Of a stretch of 64,000 bases of DNA, positions 9,106 to 18,455 are shown piece after piece. The stretch is taken from assembly GCA_934167755.1 (NCBI GenBank), contig CAKPLT010000007.1, forward strand, positions 10,010-74,009, written 5' to 3'. Under the pieces are notes generated by a model, which saw only the letters and a program-made list of their open reading frames with translations, had not been told where the DNA came from and did no database searches. Position 1 is the stretch's first letter; the number at the start of each line of letters is the position of its first letter. The translations under genes and the position numbers were made by a program. This stretch comes from an uncultured Clostridia bacterium. GTDB lineage: Bacteria; Bacillota; Clostridia; TANB77; CAG-508.

Positions 9106-10770
9106 TTATTTTGAAAGTCCTTCTTTAATTATAGTCCAAACATTAGATGTTTCCATATCTTTTCTCCAACATGATGTTCCTCCTAAATTATACTTAGAAA
9201 CTAGAGAAACTTTTTCTTTAATTGATGTTCCATCCTCAATCCACATTTTAATTGTATTTTTGCCAGATGCATATTCTATATAGTATTGTTTTAATGTATC
9301 ATCCCATTGTTTTTCAACATTGTTAGGAATTTTGATATTCATCATACTAACAACAGTTCTGTCTTTAATTTGTCCATCTGCCGTAACTGTCCATTGCCTT
9401 GTATAAAATGGCATTCCTAAAATAATTTTTTGTGTATCTACTTGGTCATAATCTATTATTTTCTTCAAACTCGTTTCTACCCAATTTAGTCCTGCTGTAG
9501 TTCCTGGTTTTGTGCTTGATGTTCCATATTGGTCATAAGCCATAAATACTAAATAATCAGCTACATCTCCTAAGATATTTCTGTCAAAGCATAATGACCA
9601 ATTAGGATCTCCATCTGGTGCTGTCACATCAACTGATGTAACTATTCCCATTTCTAACATTCTTGGCATTAATTCTATAATAAACCTTGAATATTTATCT
9701 TTATCTGCTTCATAAATATTTTCAAAATCAACATTTATTCCATCAATATCATATTGTGCACATTTTTCTACAATACTTTCTATCAATTCTTGTCTTTTTG
9801 TATAACTATTTAATATTGTAGATGTTATTTTTATTCCTGCTTCTGCATTTGATATCATTGGCCATACTTTATATCCATTTGAATGTGCCCATTCTATATA
9901 TGATGTTCCTGCAGTTCCAACATTTTCTTTTAATGTTCCATCATTTTTGTCTAAATAAAAGAATGATGGTGATACTACATTTACTCCATCTATTGTTTGT
10001 CCTGTTCTATCTGGTGCTTTTACATATTGTGAGTAATAATCCCAAAACATATTTACTTTTCCGGTAATCTGTTTTGTTTTCTCTTTTACTTCTCTTGTTG
10101 TTGTAATGTCTGTTATCTTATTAGATTTTATATATCCTATTTTTCCTCTTTGAGTCCTTATCTTTGCCCAGCCAGATTCCTGTCCGTTATCAATTATAAT
10201 AATATTTTCGCCTTTTTGAACTTTGTCTACTGTTTTTGAAAAACTTCTATTTTTGCTTTTTACTGACATTTTTGTTTTTGTGTTTGCTGTTATTTGTTCT
10301 CTTTCTAATGATTCAATTGTTATTACTTTTGTTTCTTCAATATTTTTTAATTCTATATTATACACATCTAGCATTTCACTTATTGGCATATATACAATAT
10401 CATTATCTTTTAATGCATGGGCTGAAATCTTTTTTGTTGAACCGTTTAGTGTTAATTTATTTGCTTCAAATCCTATACTTGCAATTTTATCATCATATGT
10501 TGTAATTATTTCATTTGTTTCTTCTTCTATGTAGATATATTTATCAAAAAAGTTTTTCATATCGTCCATTGATACATATATAATCCCATTATCTATTTTT
10601 ACTTCATTTTTTAGTCTTGCTGTTACATTATTGTTGTTTATTATTAAGTTTACTTTTCCATCTGTTTTTTCTTTTATAAGATTTTCTGCTTTTATTAATA
10701 TAAAACCAACTGCAACTAGTACTAGTAATACTATTATTACTTTTTTTATCATATCTCTACTTTTGTTCAT
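9106..10770 (-). CDS. glycoside hydrolase family 18 protein (YaaH/YdhD-like peptidoglycan/chitin hydrolase) with N-terminal membrane anchor
   Basis: 554-aa ORF with the GH18 catalytic motif DGINVDFE and an N-terminal TM (VIIVLLVLVAVGFILI). An SH3-like stretch (GWAKIRTQRGKIGYIKS) precedes the catalytic domain. Confidence 0.8.
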   Translation of the reverse strand: MNKSRDMIKKVIIVLLVLVAVGFILIKAENLIKEKTDGKVNLIINNNNVTARLKNEVKIDNGIIYVSMDDMKNFFDKYIYIEEETNEIITTYDDKIASIGFEANKLTLNGSTKKISAHALKDNDIVYMPISEMLDVYNIELKNIEETKVITIESLEREQITANTKTKMSVKSKNRSFSKTVDKVQKGENIIIIDNGQESGWAKIRTQRGKIGYIKSNKITDITTTREVKEKTKQITGKVNMFWDYYSQYVKAPDRTGQTIDGVNVVSPSFFYLDKNDGTLKENVGTAGTSYIEWAHSNGYKVWPMISNAEAGIKITSTILNSYTKRQELIESIVEKCAQYDIDGINVDFENIYEADKDKYSRFIIELMPRMLEMGIVTSVDVTAPDGDPNWSLCFDRNILGDVADYLVFMAYDQYGTSSTKPGTTAGLNWVETSLKKIIDYDQVDTQKIILGMPFYTRQWTVTADGQIKDRTVVSMMNIKIPNNVEKQWDDTLKQYYIEYASGKNTIKMWIEDGTSIKEKVSLVSKYNLGGTSCWRKDMETSNVWTIIKEGLSK

Positions 10771-10810
10771 TCGTTTTTTCTCCCTTTTTTTATTTTATTA
10801 TATTATACTG

Positions 10811-10846
10811 GATAAAAAATAGCAAGATTTTTCTTGCTATTTTTTA
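10811..10846 (-). terminator. rho-independent terminator after lexA
   Basis: AATAGCAAG-loop-CTTGCTATT stem flanked by A/T runs. On the minus strand the stem is followed by TTTTTTATC. Confidence 0.6.
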
Positions 10847-10861
10847 TCTAATATTGCACAA

Positions 10862-11509
10862 CTACATTTTTCTAAATACTCCTGCAACTTTTCCTAATAT
10901 TTGACAATTTGGTACTATTATAGGATCCATTGTATGATTTTCTGGTTGAAGACGAATATGATCTTTTTCTTTATAAAATGTTTTTACTGTTGCTTCATCT
11001 TCTATTAATGCTACAACTATTTCTCCATTACTTGCATTACTTTGTTTTTTTACAAGTATGTAGTCTCCGTCTAATATTCCTGCTTCTATCATACTTTCTC
11101 CTCTTACTGTTAACATAAAGCTATCACAGTTTCCAACAAAGTCAATTGGAATCGGAAATGTATCTGTTACATTTTCTACTGCTAATATTGGTTGCCCAGC
11201 AGTTATTCTCCCTATAACAGGTACTTCTACCATTTCTTTTTGAGTATAGAAATTTTTATTAGATTCTTGTATTGGCTTTCCATCTGTTCCTTTTATTACT
11301 TTTAATGTTCTTCCTTTTTTATCTTCTTTTTTGATAAATCCTTGTTTTTCTAGTTTTGCTAAGTATCCATGTACTGTTGCTGTTGAGCTTAGCCCAATTG
11401 CTTTTCCTATTTCTCTTACAGATGGTGGATATCCATTTTCTTTTACTTGTTCTTCAATAAATTTTAATATTGCTTTTTCTTTTCTTGTAGTTTCTGCTCT
11501 ATTTCCCAT
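10862..11509 (-). CDS. lexA: LexA repressor
   Basis: 215-aa ORF with an N-terminal wHTH ([24 protein letters not shown]), an Ala-Gly cleavage site (RITAGQPI) and the S24 Ser/Lys region (VRGESM...LVKK). Confidence 0.9.
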   Translation of the reverse strand: MGNRAETTRKEKAILKFIEEQVKENGYPPSVREIGKAIGLSSTATVHGYLAKLEKQGFIKKEDKKGRTLKVIKGTDGKPIQESNKNFYTQKEMVEVPVIGRITAGQPILAVENVTDTFPIPIDFVGNCDSFMLTVRGESMIEAGILDGDYILVKKQSNASNGEIVVALIEDEATVKTFYKEKDHIRLQPENHTMDPIIVPNCQILGKVAGVFRKM

Positions 11510-11551
11510 TTACATCACTTCTCCTTTTTAATCTACAAATATAATATCATA

Positions 11552-11584
11552 AAGCAAAAAAAATGTCAAACAAATTTTTGACAT
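11552..11584 (-). terminator. rho-independent terminator after greA
   Basis: ATGTCAAA-AATTTG-TTTGACAT followed by TTTTTTTT on the minus strand, 5 nt after the greA stop. Confidence 0.7.
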
Positions 11585-11588
11585 TTTT

Positions 11589-12065
11589 TTATTTTGTTAT
11601 TTTTCTTATTTCATATTCTATTACACCTGCTGGAGCATTAACTTGCACTTTTTGACCTTTTTTTGCTCCTAAAAGTGCCTTTCCTATTGGTGATTCATTT
11701 GATATTTTATTTTCAGCTAAATTTACTTCTGTTGAACCAACTATAGTATATTCAACTTCTTCATCAAATTCAATATCATATAATGTAACAGTATTTCCTA
11801 TTTGAACTGTTTTTGTATCTATTTCTTTTTCATCTATTATTTTCGCATATCTAATTTTATTTTCTAGTTCTGCTATTTTTCCTTCATTTTCAGCTTGTGC
11901 ATTTTTAGCTTCATCATATTCAGAATTTTCTGATAAATCTCCAAATCCTAAAGCTACTTTTATTCTTTCTGCTATTTCAGATCTTTTTTCTGTTCTTAAA
12001 TATTCTAATTCCTTTTCTATTTTGTCATAACCTTCTTGTGTTAATATTACTTCTTTTTCTTCCAT
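11589..12065 (-). CDS. greA: transcription elongation factor GreA
   Basis: Typical GreA coiled-coil N-terminus ([16 protein letters not shown]...[12 protein letters not shown]) and C-terminal globular domain. The ATG at 12065 has better RBS spacing than the track GTG at 12074. Confidence 0.9.
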   Translation of the reverse strand: MEEKEVILTQEGYDKIEKELEYLRTEKRSEIAERIKVALGFGDLSENSEYDEAKNAQAENEGKIAELENKIRYAKIIDEKEIDTKTVQIGNTVTLYDIEFDEEVEYTIVGSTEVNLAENKISNESPIGKALLGAKKGQKVQVNAPAGVIEYEIRKITK

Positions 12066-12185
12066 AATAATCACTTTCCTTTCTTAAGTCAAAACAGTAT
12101 ATACGCATAAAGAGCGACTTTTATGGGTCGCCTTTACATTAACAAATAGTATAATACTCCACTTTTTTTATTTTGTCAAGTTTTT

Positions 12186-12785
12186 TTAATCTTTTAGTAA
12201 ATCTTTTCCATTTTTCATATAATCTATTCCTGAAAAGATTGTTGCAAATGTTGATATTAATAATAATAAAGTTGATACTAAATTTATTCCAAAGTCAATA
12301 CCTGTTAATCCACCTCTAAAGCAATCCCAAAAGGCATTTTTATCAAAAATAATTAGTATTATAGCAAGCATTTGTGTAACTGTTTTTAATTTTCCCCATA
12401 TTGATGCAGCTATGACTTTTCCACCCTTTTCTACTGCTACCAGTCTATATCCTGATACTAGAAATTCTCTAGCTAATACAATAACAGGTATCCATGCAGG
12501 AATTTTTCCAAGTTCAATTAATAGTACCATTGCAGTTAATACCAATATTTTATCTGCAAGTGGGTCTAAAAACTTACCAAATGTGGTTACTTGATTTCTT
12601 GATCGTGCTATATATCCATCTAATTTATCAGTTATTGATGCAACAATAAATATAAGTTCCATCCAGAAATATGTAAGAGGCATTCCTAGAAAGTCCACTT
12701 GTAAGTTTAAATATGGTATAATAGCCATAACTGGTACTAAAGCTATTCTAAATAGTGTTAATTTATTTGCTAAGTTTAATTTCAT
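12186..12785 (-). CDS. pgsA: CDP-diacylglycerol--glycerol-3-phosphate 3-phosphatidyltransferase
   Basis: 199-aa polytopic ORF with the CDP-alcohol phosphatidyltransferase motif DKLDGYIAR...G...DPLADK. Confidence 0.85.
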   Translation of the reverse strand: MKLNLANKLTLFRIALVPVMAIIPYLNLQVDFLGMPLTYFWMELIFIVASITDKLDGYIARSRNQVTTFGKFLDPLADKILVLTAMVLLIELGKIPAWIPVIVLAREFLVSGYRLVAVEKGGKVIAASIWGKLKTVTQMLAIILIIFDKNAFWDCFRGGLTGIDFGINLVSTLLLLISTFATIFSGIDYMKNGKDLLKD

Positions 12786-12804
12786 CTCTAACTCCTTTTA
12801 AAAT

Positions 12805-14037
12805 TTATTTTAGTATTTCAATTGCTTTTTGTAATTGTGTATCTTCATCTCTTTGTACTAAAAGAGGATTTGAAACATTTTCAGGTAATTCTACTTTTTC
12901 ATTTGGTTCAATACCAACACCATTAATTTTTGTTCTATTTGGAGTATAATATTCTTCAACAGTAACTTTTAATCCAGCACCACTTCTTAATGTTAATAAT
13001 TGTTGTATAACTCCTTTTCCATATGTCGTTGTTCCAACTACTGTAGCTTCATTTAAATCTTTTAATGCTCCTGCTAAAATTTCAGATGAACTTGCAGAAT
13101 TTCCATTTACAAGTACAACTATTGGCATATCTATAAGAACATCTTCCTCAGACCTTTCAATTTTCTCATTTTTATCTTTGTCAACTGTTACTAATAGGTC
13201 TTCTCCTTTTGGTACAATATAGTCTGCTATTTTTAAAGCTTGTTCTACTAATCCTCCACCATTATTTCTTAGATCTATAATCAATGATGTAATTCCTTGT
13301 GATTTTAGTTCTTCATATTTTGCTTTGAAATTTTCAGCAGTATCTTCATCAAAGCTTGTTACTTCTAAATATCCTATATTATTTTCTAGTTTTTCTGCTA
13401 TTACAGGGTTTGTAGTTATTTTCTTTCTTGTTAATTCAAATGTTTTAATTTCTTGACCTCTTTGTATTTCTAAAGTAACACTCGTTCCTTCTTCTCCTTT
13501 AATGCTATTAGCCGCAGCAGTCATATTTTCTCCAGTATATTCAACCCCATTAATCTTTTTTATAATGTCACCTGGTTGTATACCAGCTTCTTCTGCAGGA
13601 CTATATTTTATTGGAGTTAATACCACAATTGTGTTGTCTTTAGAATTTTGAGCCATATAAATTCCTACTCCAACATAATTTCCCATTAAGTTGTTTTTAT
13701 AATCTTCCATTTCATCTTTTGGAATATATTCTGTATATGGGTCTCCTAAAGAAGAAACATATCCCTCTAATGCTCCTTCTATTGCTTTATCTTCATCTAT
13801 ATCATTTAAATAATATTTATCTAATATTGTTTTTATATATTTTATAGATTTTGTCAATTGATTATCATTTGATGATTCTATCCCAAATAATGAAGAAATT
13901 GATTGTTTATCATTACTTGTTCCATTTTTATTAGTTATATATATTGTTGTTAATATACATGTTAAAAATGCTGTTAGTATAACTAACATAATAGTTTTAT
14001 AAATTCTTTGTCTTTTTAAATAATTATCTTCTTCCAT
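12805..14037 (-). CDS. S41 family carboxyl-terminal processing protease (CtpA/CtpB-like)
   Basis: 410-aa ORF with an N-terminal TM, a PDZ region (GIQPGDIIKKING) and the S41 motifs DLRNNGGG and SASSSEI. Confidence 0.9.
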   Translation of the reverse strand: MEEDNYLKRQRIYKTIMLVILTAFLTCILTTIYITNKNGTSNDKQSISSLFGIESSNDNQLTKSIKYIKTILDKYYLNDIDEDKAIEGALEGYVSSLGDPYTEYIPKDEMEDYKNNLMGNYVGVGIYMAQNSKDNTIVVLTPIKYSPAEEAGIQPGDIIKKINGVEYTGENMTAAANSIKGEEGTSVTLEIQRGQEIKTFELTRKKITTNPVIAEKLENNIGYLEVTSFDEDTAENFKAKYEELKSQGITSLIIDLRNNGGGLVEQALKIADYIVPKGEDLLVTVDKDKNEKIERSEEDVLIDMPIVVLVNGNSASSSEILAGALKDLNEATVVGTTTYGKGVIQQLLTLRSGAGLKVTVEEYYTPNRTKINGVGIEPNEKVELPENVSNPLLVQRDEDTQLQKAIEILK

Positions 14038-14077
14038 TTTGTAAAACTCCTTTTATAAGTCTTTTATATTAATATTA

Positions 14078-15262
14078 TTATGGTAAATAAGGTAATGGAT
14101 TTACTGGCTTTCCATTTACTCTTACTTCAAAATGTAAATGCGTTCCTGATGAATTTCCTGTTGAACCAACTATTCCTATTGTTTGCCCTTGTGAAACTTT
14201 ATCTCCAACACTTACTCTTCTAGAATTAGCTAACATATGTCCATATAAAGTCATCGTTCCATCTCCATGACTTATAACTACATATTCTCCATAGCTATAG
14301 TATGATCCGTCGCTATACTTTCGTGCAGTTGAAATGACAACTGTTCCTGCTTTAACAGCTACTACTTCTTTTCCTTTAACACCAATATTTACATCAACAC
14401 CAGTATGCCCTGAATATGATGGATAATTTTTGTTGTTTATATTTGCTTTGCTTAATCCTCTTACAGGAAATATATAACCACTTGCACTTGGTTTAGATAC
14501 TATATTATTATTTTTATTCTGATTTTTCTTTGCTTCTTCTTCAGCTATTTTTTTCAATTGTGCTTGAATTTGTCTTTTATCTTCCTCAAATGCCTCTATT
14601 TCTTTTTCTTTCTTTTTCTCTGCATCTGTTAAATTAGCAACTTGTGTTTCTTTATCTTTTTTTAAAGTCTTTAATTCATTTGATTTACTTTCCTTTTCTG
14701 ATAACGAACTATCTAATTCTTTTTTATTTGCTTCTAGTTCTGCTTTTTCATTTTCTATTTGTTCTTTTTGATCTTTAGTTTCTTGCATTAATTTCTTATC
14801 ATATGATACCAATTCTGATGCAGCATAATATTTAGCTAAAAAATCTGTCATACTTGATGCTGTTAAAAATGTTTCTAAATATCCTGTCTTAGGACTAGAA
14901 TACATTTTTAACATTCTTTCATCTAATAGTTCCATTTGTTTATTATATTCATCTTCTTTATTTTTTATATCTTTTTCTTTTTGTGATATTTGTGCTTGTA
15001 AATCATCTACTTTGTTTTGTAAAGCATCTACTTCATCTTCGGCTGTAGATATTTTATTTCTTAATTCATCTACTTTTTTTTGTACTTCTGATTTTTGTGA
15101 TTCTAATTCCTTCTTTTCTTCTTTTGCATCTTCTATTTGGCTATCTATTTGCGATTTCTCATTTTCTAGTTGTTTTTGAGTTGCTGCATAAACAGTCATT
15201 GTTTGAAATATGAGTATAAATGATGTTATAATTACAACAATTTTAGCTATCGTTTTTTTCAT
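14078..15262 (-). CDS. M23 peptidase with long coiled-coil (EnvC-like murein hydrolase activator/peptidase), paralog 1
   Basis: 394-aa ORF with a signal peptide, a ~230-aa heptad-rich region and a C-terminal M23 domain (HTGVDV...GSTGNSSGTHLHFEVRVNG). Confidence 0.85.
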   Translation of the reverse strand: MKKTIAKIVVIITSFILIFQTMTVYAATQKQLENEKSQIDSQIEDAKEEKKELESQKSEVQKKVDELRNKISTAEDEVDALQNKVDDLQAQISQKEKDIKNKEDEYNKQMELLDERMLKMYSSPKTGYLETFLTASSMTDFLAKYYAASELVSYDKKLMQETKDQKEQIENEKAELEANKKELDSSLSEKESKSNELKTLKKDKETQVANLTDAEKKKEKEIEAFEEDKRQIQAQLKKIAEEEAKKNQNKNNNIVSKPSASGYIFPVRGLSKANINNKNYPSYSGHTGVDVNIGVKGKEVVAVKAGTVVISTARKYSDGSYYSYGEYVVISHGDGTMTLYGHMLANSRRVSVGDKVSQGQTIGIVGSTGNSSGTHLHFEVRVNGKPVNPLPYLP

Positions 15263-15295
15263 AATTTTTTCATCTCCTATATATTATTTTATTCT

Positions 15296-16489
15296 TTAAT
15301 TATTCATATTTTCTTCTGCTTTACTTTTTTCTTCTTCTAATTTTTGGTTAAAATTATCTGTCAACAAATATTCAATTGGATTTACAGTTTGTCCATTTAT
15401 TCTTATTTCAAAATGTGCATGTGGTCCAGTAGAATATCCGGTTGAACCAACTTTTAAAACTGTTGTCCCTGCTTCAACTTCTTGCCCAACTTGAACTAAA
15501 ATTTCACTTCCATGTGCATATAATGTTTGTACACCCCCACCATGATCAATTATTACCATGTTTCCATACGCAGGTGTCATTTCTGCTTTTATTACAACTC
15601 CTTTGGCTGCCGCCACAAAGTTTGCTCCCATTGGTGCTCCTATATCTGTTCCTGTATGTAATTTATATGCTCCTGTTATAGGATGAACTCTCATACCATA
15701 TTCAGATGTTATATTTGTATATCCTGGTATAGGCCATCTCATTGCCCCACCAATATAATCTTCACTAATACTATTTAATAACAATAGTTTTATTTCAGAT
15801 TCAATTTGTGAAACTTGACTATTATATTCATCTATTTTATCTTGTAACTGTTTTTCTTCTGTTGATAATTTGCTTATATAATATTGCCTCATTGTTTGAG
15901 TATTTGCCAATACTTGCGTTTTCTTTTGCTGATTTTGTTTACTTTGTATTACTTGTTTTTTCTTTTCTTCCAATATTTTTTTTGTTGTTTCTATTTCATT
16001 TTTCTGTCTTTTTACTGTCTCTAATATACCTCTATCTGCTTTTGTTATCTCTTGTATTGCATAGTATGCCTCTAAAAAATCTGTTACACTTTTTGCTTCT
16101 AGTAAAATCTGTAATGATTGAAATTTAGGAGTTGCATATAATTTTAGCATTCTTGCATCTACTAATTCTTGAATTTTTTTATATTGTTCTTGTGTATTTT
16201 TCAATTTTTTCTCATTTTCAGAAATTTGTGTAACTAAGTCTTCTATTTGCACATCTATTTTAGTTATTTCCTCTTGTGATTGAGCTATCTTATTATCTAA
16301 CTCTTGCAATTGCTGCATATTAGTAGATAATTGTTCTTGAACAGCCTGTAATCTATTATTTGTTTCGTTTAGTGTTTCCGTAATTGTATTAGATTTTTCT
16401 TGTAAATTTGTAATATCTTCTGCAAATACACAAATACATAGGCTACATATTATTAGTAAAATTAAAATTATTCTTAAAAGCCTACGCAT
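15296..16489 (-). CDS. M23 peptidase with long coiled-coil (EnvC-like), paralog 2
   Basis: 397-aa ORF with the same architecture as paralog 1 (HTGTDI...GSTGYSTGPHAHFEIRINGQ). It lies directly downstream of ftsEX. Confidence 0.85.
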   Translation of the reverse strand: MRRLLRIILILLIICSLCICVFAEDITNLQEKSNTITETLNETNNRLQAVQEQLSTNMQQLQELDNKIAQSQEEITKIDVQIEDLVTQISENEKKLKNTQEQYKKIQELVDARMLKLYATPKFQSLQILLEAKSVTDFLEAYYAIQEITKADRGILETVKRQKNEIETTKKILEEKKKQVIQSKQNQQKKTQVLANTQTMRQYYISKLSTEEKQLQDKIDEYNSQVSQIESEIKLLLLNSISEDYIGGAMRWPIPGYTNITSEYGMRVHPITGAYKLHTGTDIGAPMGANFVAAAKGVVIKAEMTPAYGNMVIIDHGGGVQTLYAHGSEILVQVGQEVEAGTTVLKVGSTGYSTGPHAHFEIRINGQTVNPIEYLLTDNFNQKLEEEKSKAEENMNN

Positions 16490-16513
16490 CTTACACTATT
16501 CATCCTTTCTTTT

Positions 16514-17431
16514 TTATACTTCAAGGTATTTTTTCATTGAAATTCCACTTCCAATTACACCTATTCCAATTCCTAAGCCTAAATAAACTGTTAATATTAA
16601 ATTAAACATATCTTTAAATTCTAATAGTTTCCAATGAACTGTTTCTAAAAAGTCTGTGCCTGATAATTTGTTTGCAATTACTGTATATGCTAATCCAACA
16701 ATTCCAACTGAAAGTAATCCAGAAATTACTCCTATAATTACACCTTCAACTAAAAATGGCCATCTTATGAAACTGTTTGTTGCCCCCACATATTTCATAA
16801 TTGATATTTCTTTTCTTCTTGCATGTACTGTTAATTTTATTGTATTTGATATTATTGATACAGAAATAATTACTAGTAATATTAATATTCCTGCTGTAAC
16901 ATATTTTACACCTTTTGCTAATCTTATAATTTGTGCAATAACTTGATTGCTTGAAACTATATTATCTACTTGTGGAATTTCTTTTATTGCTGCTTGTACA
17001 CCATCATTTAAACTCAAGTCTTTTAATGTTACATTATATGCTACTGGAAATATATTTCTTTCTTTATATTCTGCTACTGCGTCACTTCCAAGTAAATCTT
17101 CCATATATGATATGGCTTCTTCTTTAGAAACATATTCTGCATTTTTTACGCCTTCAATTTCAAGTATTTCATTTCCGACTTCTTCTATTTCTTCTTCTGT
17201 TGCATCTGTTTTTAAATTAACTCTTATTTCTTGTGCTTCTGCTACATTTGCAACAAATGCATTAATATTTTCTCCTATTACAAAAAATAGTCCAAAAACC
17301 AACATTGTTGCACACATTATCATTAATGATGACATTGTTGATTTTTTATTTTTAAATATATTTCTTAAACCCTCACCAATTAAATAATTTATTACATTAA
17401 ACCTCACAATCATAACCACCTTTTTTATCAT
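16514..17431 (-). CDS. ftsX: cell division permease FtsX
   Basis: About 300 aa with four TMs and a large first extracellular loop, overlapping the ftsE stop. The start is ambiguous (17431 or ATG at 17413). Confidence 0.85.
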   Translation of the reverse strand: MIKKVVMIVRFNVINYLIGEGLRNIFKNKKSTMSSLMIMCATMLVFGLFFVIGENINAFVANVAEAQEIRVNLKTDATEEEIEEVGNEILEIEGVKNAEYVSKEEAISYMEDLLGSDAVAEYKERNIFPVAYNVTLKDLSLNDGVQAAIKEIPQVDNIVSSNQVIAQIIRLAKGVKYVTAGILILLVIISVSIISNTIKLTVHARRKEISIMKYVGATNSFIRWPFLVEGVIIGVISGLLSVGIVGLAYTVIANKLSGTDFLETVHWKLLEFKDMFNLILTVYLGLGIGIGVIGSGISMKKYLEV

Positions 17432-18083
17432 CTTTTACTATTACACCTTTATTTATGTGTATTACTCTTTTCTTCATTTGGTCAACAATATCTTTTGCAT
17501 GTGTTGCAACTACTACTGTTGTTCCTCTCATATTTATTTCATTTAACAAGTTCATTATATCCCATGCTGTATCTGGGTCTAAGTTTCCTGTTGGTTCGTC
17601 CGCAATTAGCATTGATGGATTGTTTACTAATGCTCTCGCTAATGCTACTCTTTGTTGTTCTCCTCCTGATAGTTCATTTGGATACATTTTTGCTTTTCCA
17701 CTTAAACCTACTAATGATAATACCATTGGTACTTGTCTACGAATATGTCTTGGTGTGGCTTTTACTATATACATAGCAAATGCTACATTTTCATATACTG
17801 TTTTGTCTGGTAATAGCCTAAAGTCTTGAAATACCACACCCATACTTCTGCGTAGATATGGTACCTTTTTTTGTTTTAAAAATGTAGTATCCTTTCCATT
17901 TATGATTATGTTGCCCGATGTTGGTTCTTCTTCTTTTAAGATTAATTTTATTAGTGTTGATTTTCCACTTCCTGATGTTCCTACTAAAAATGCAAATTCT
18001 CCTTTTTCAATTTTAAAACTTGCATTTTTTACTGCTTCTGTACCTGTTCCATATTTTTTGCTTACGTTTTTAAATTCTATCAT
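17397..18083 (-). CDS. ftsE: cell division ATP-binding protein FtsE
   Basis: ABC ATPase motifs GTSGSGKST, LSGGEQQRVALARA and LIADEPTGNLD. The start is taken at MIEFKNVSKKYG (18083) rather than the track start 18140. Confidence 0.9.
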   Translation of the reverse strand: MIEFKNVSKKYGTGTEAVKNASFKIEKGEFAFLVGTSGSGKSTLIKLILKEEEPTSGNIIINGKDTTFLKQKKVPYLRRSMGVVFQDFRLLPDKTVYENVAFAMYIVKATPRHIRRQVPMVLSLVGLSGKAKMYPNELSGGEQQRVALARALVNNPSMLIADEPTGNLDPDTAWDIMNLLNEINMRGTTVVVATHAKDIVDQMKKRVIHINKGVIVKDDKKGGYDCEV

Positions 18084-18264
18084 TTTACTTTTTTCCTTTT
18101 CTTCTTTATAATTTATACATAAAGTTGCATAATATTTCATTCTTTTTAATCATATCAATAATATATTTTTTTTGCAATACTTATGGTCAAAAAATTAAGC
18201 AGAAAATTTTACTTTTTTCTGCTTTTCTATCATTTTTCTTCTTATTTCTTCATTTTTTATTTTT

Positions 18265-18327
18265 TTACCAGTGGGGACACTCATTAATGGTAAAAATTTT
18301 TACCAGTGGAGACACTCTTTAATTTGG
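18265..18327 (+). repeat. bipartite interspersed repeat (unit A TACCAGTGGGGACACTCATTAATGGTAA plus degenerate unit B TACCAGTGGAGACACTCTTTAATTTGG)
   Basis: Two tandem units, read directly. It lies between the ftsE 5' region and the 3' remnant of BspA paralog 1. Confidence 0.8.
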
Positions 18328-18455
18328 AATTGACATTATTGTCCTAATTCTTGTACTTTTATTCTGTTTCTGCTGGCTTATCTTTTATTTTTGTAAAATA
18401 TCCTGGTGTTTCTTCTGTGTCTATTCGTGCATATGTTGCGTCTATGTTGTTTGAA

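Noticed and set aside
11510-11588. Searched for a LexA (Cheo-type CGAAC-N4-GTTCG) box upstream of lexA
   Set aside because: No GAAC...GTTC motif occurs in the 80-nt upstream region. The only palindrome there (ATGTCAAA...TTTGACAT plus T-run) is the greA terminator.
18265-18327. Tandem ~28-nt repeat units (also at 34899, 36407 and 39203) considered as mini CRISPR arrays
   Set aside because: There are only two or three units per site, separated by 5-7 nt rather than spacer-sized sequences. The second unit is degenerate and no cas genes are present. They fit better as an interspersed REP/MITE-like family.
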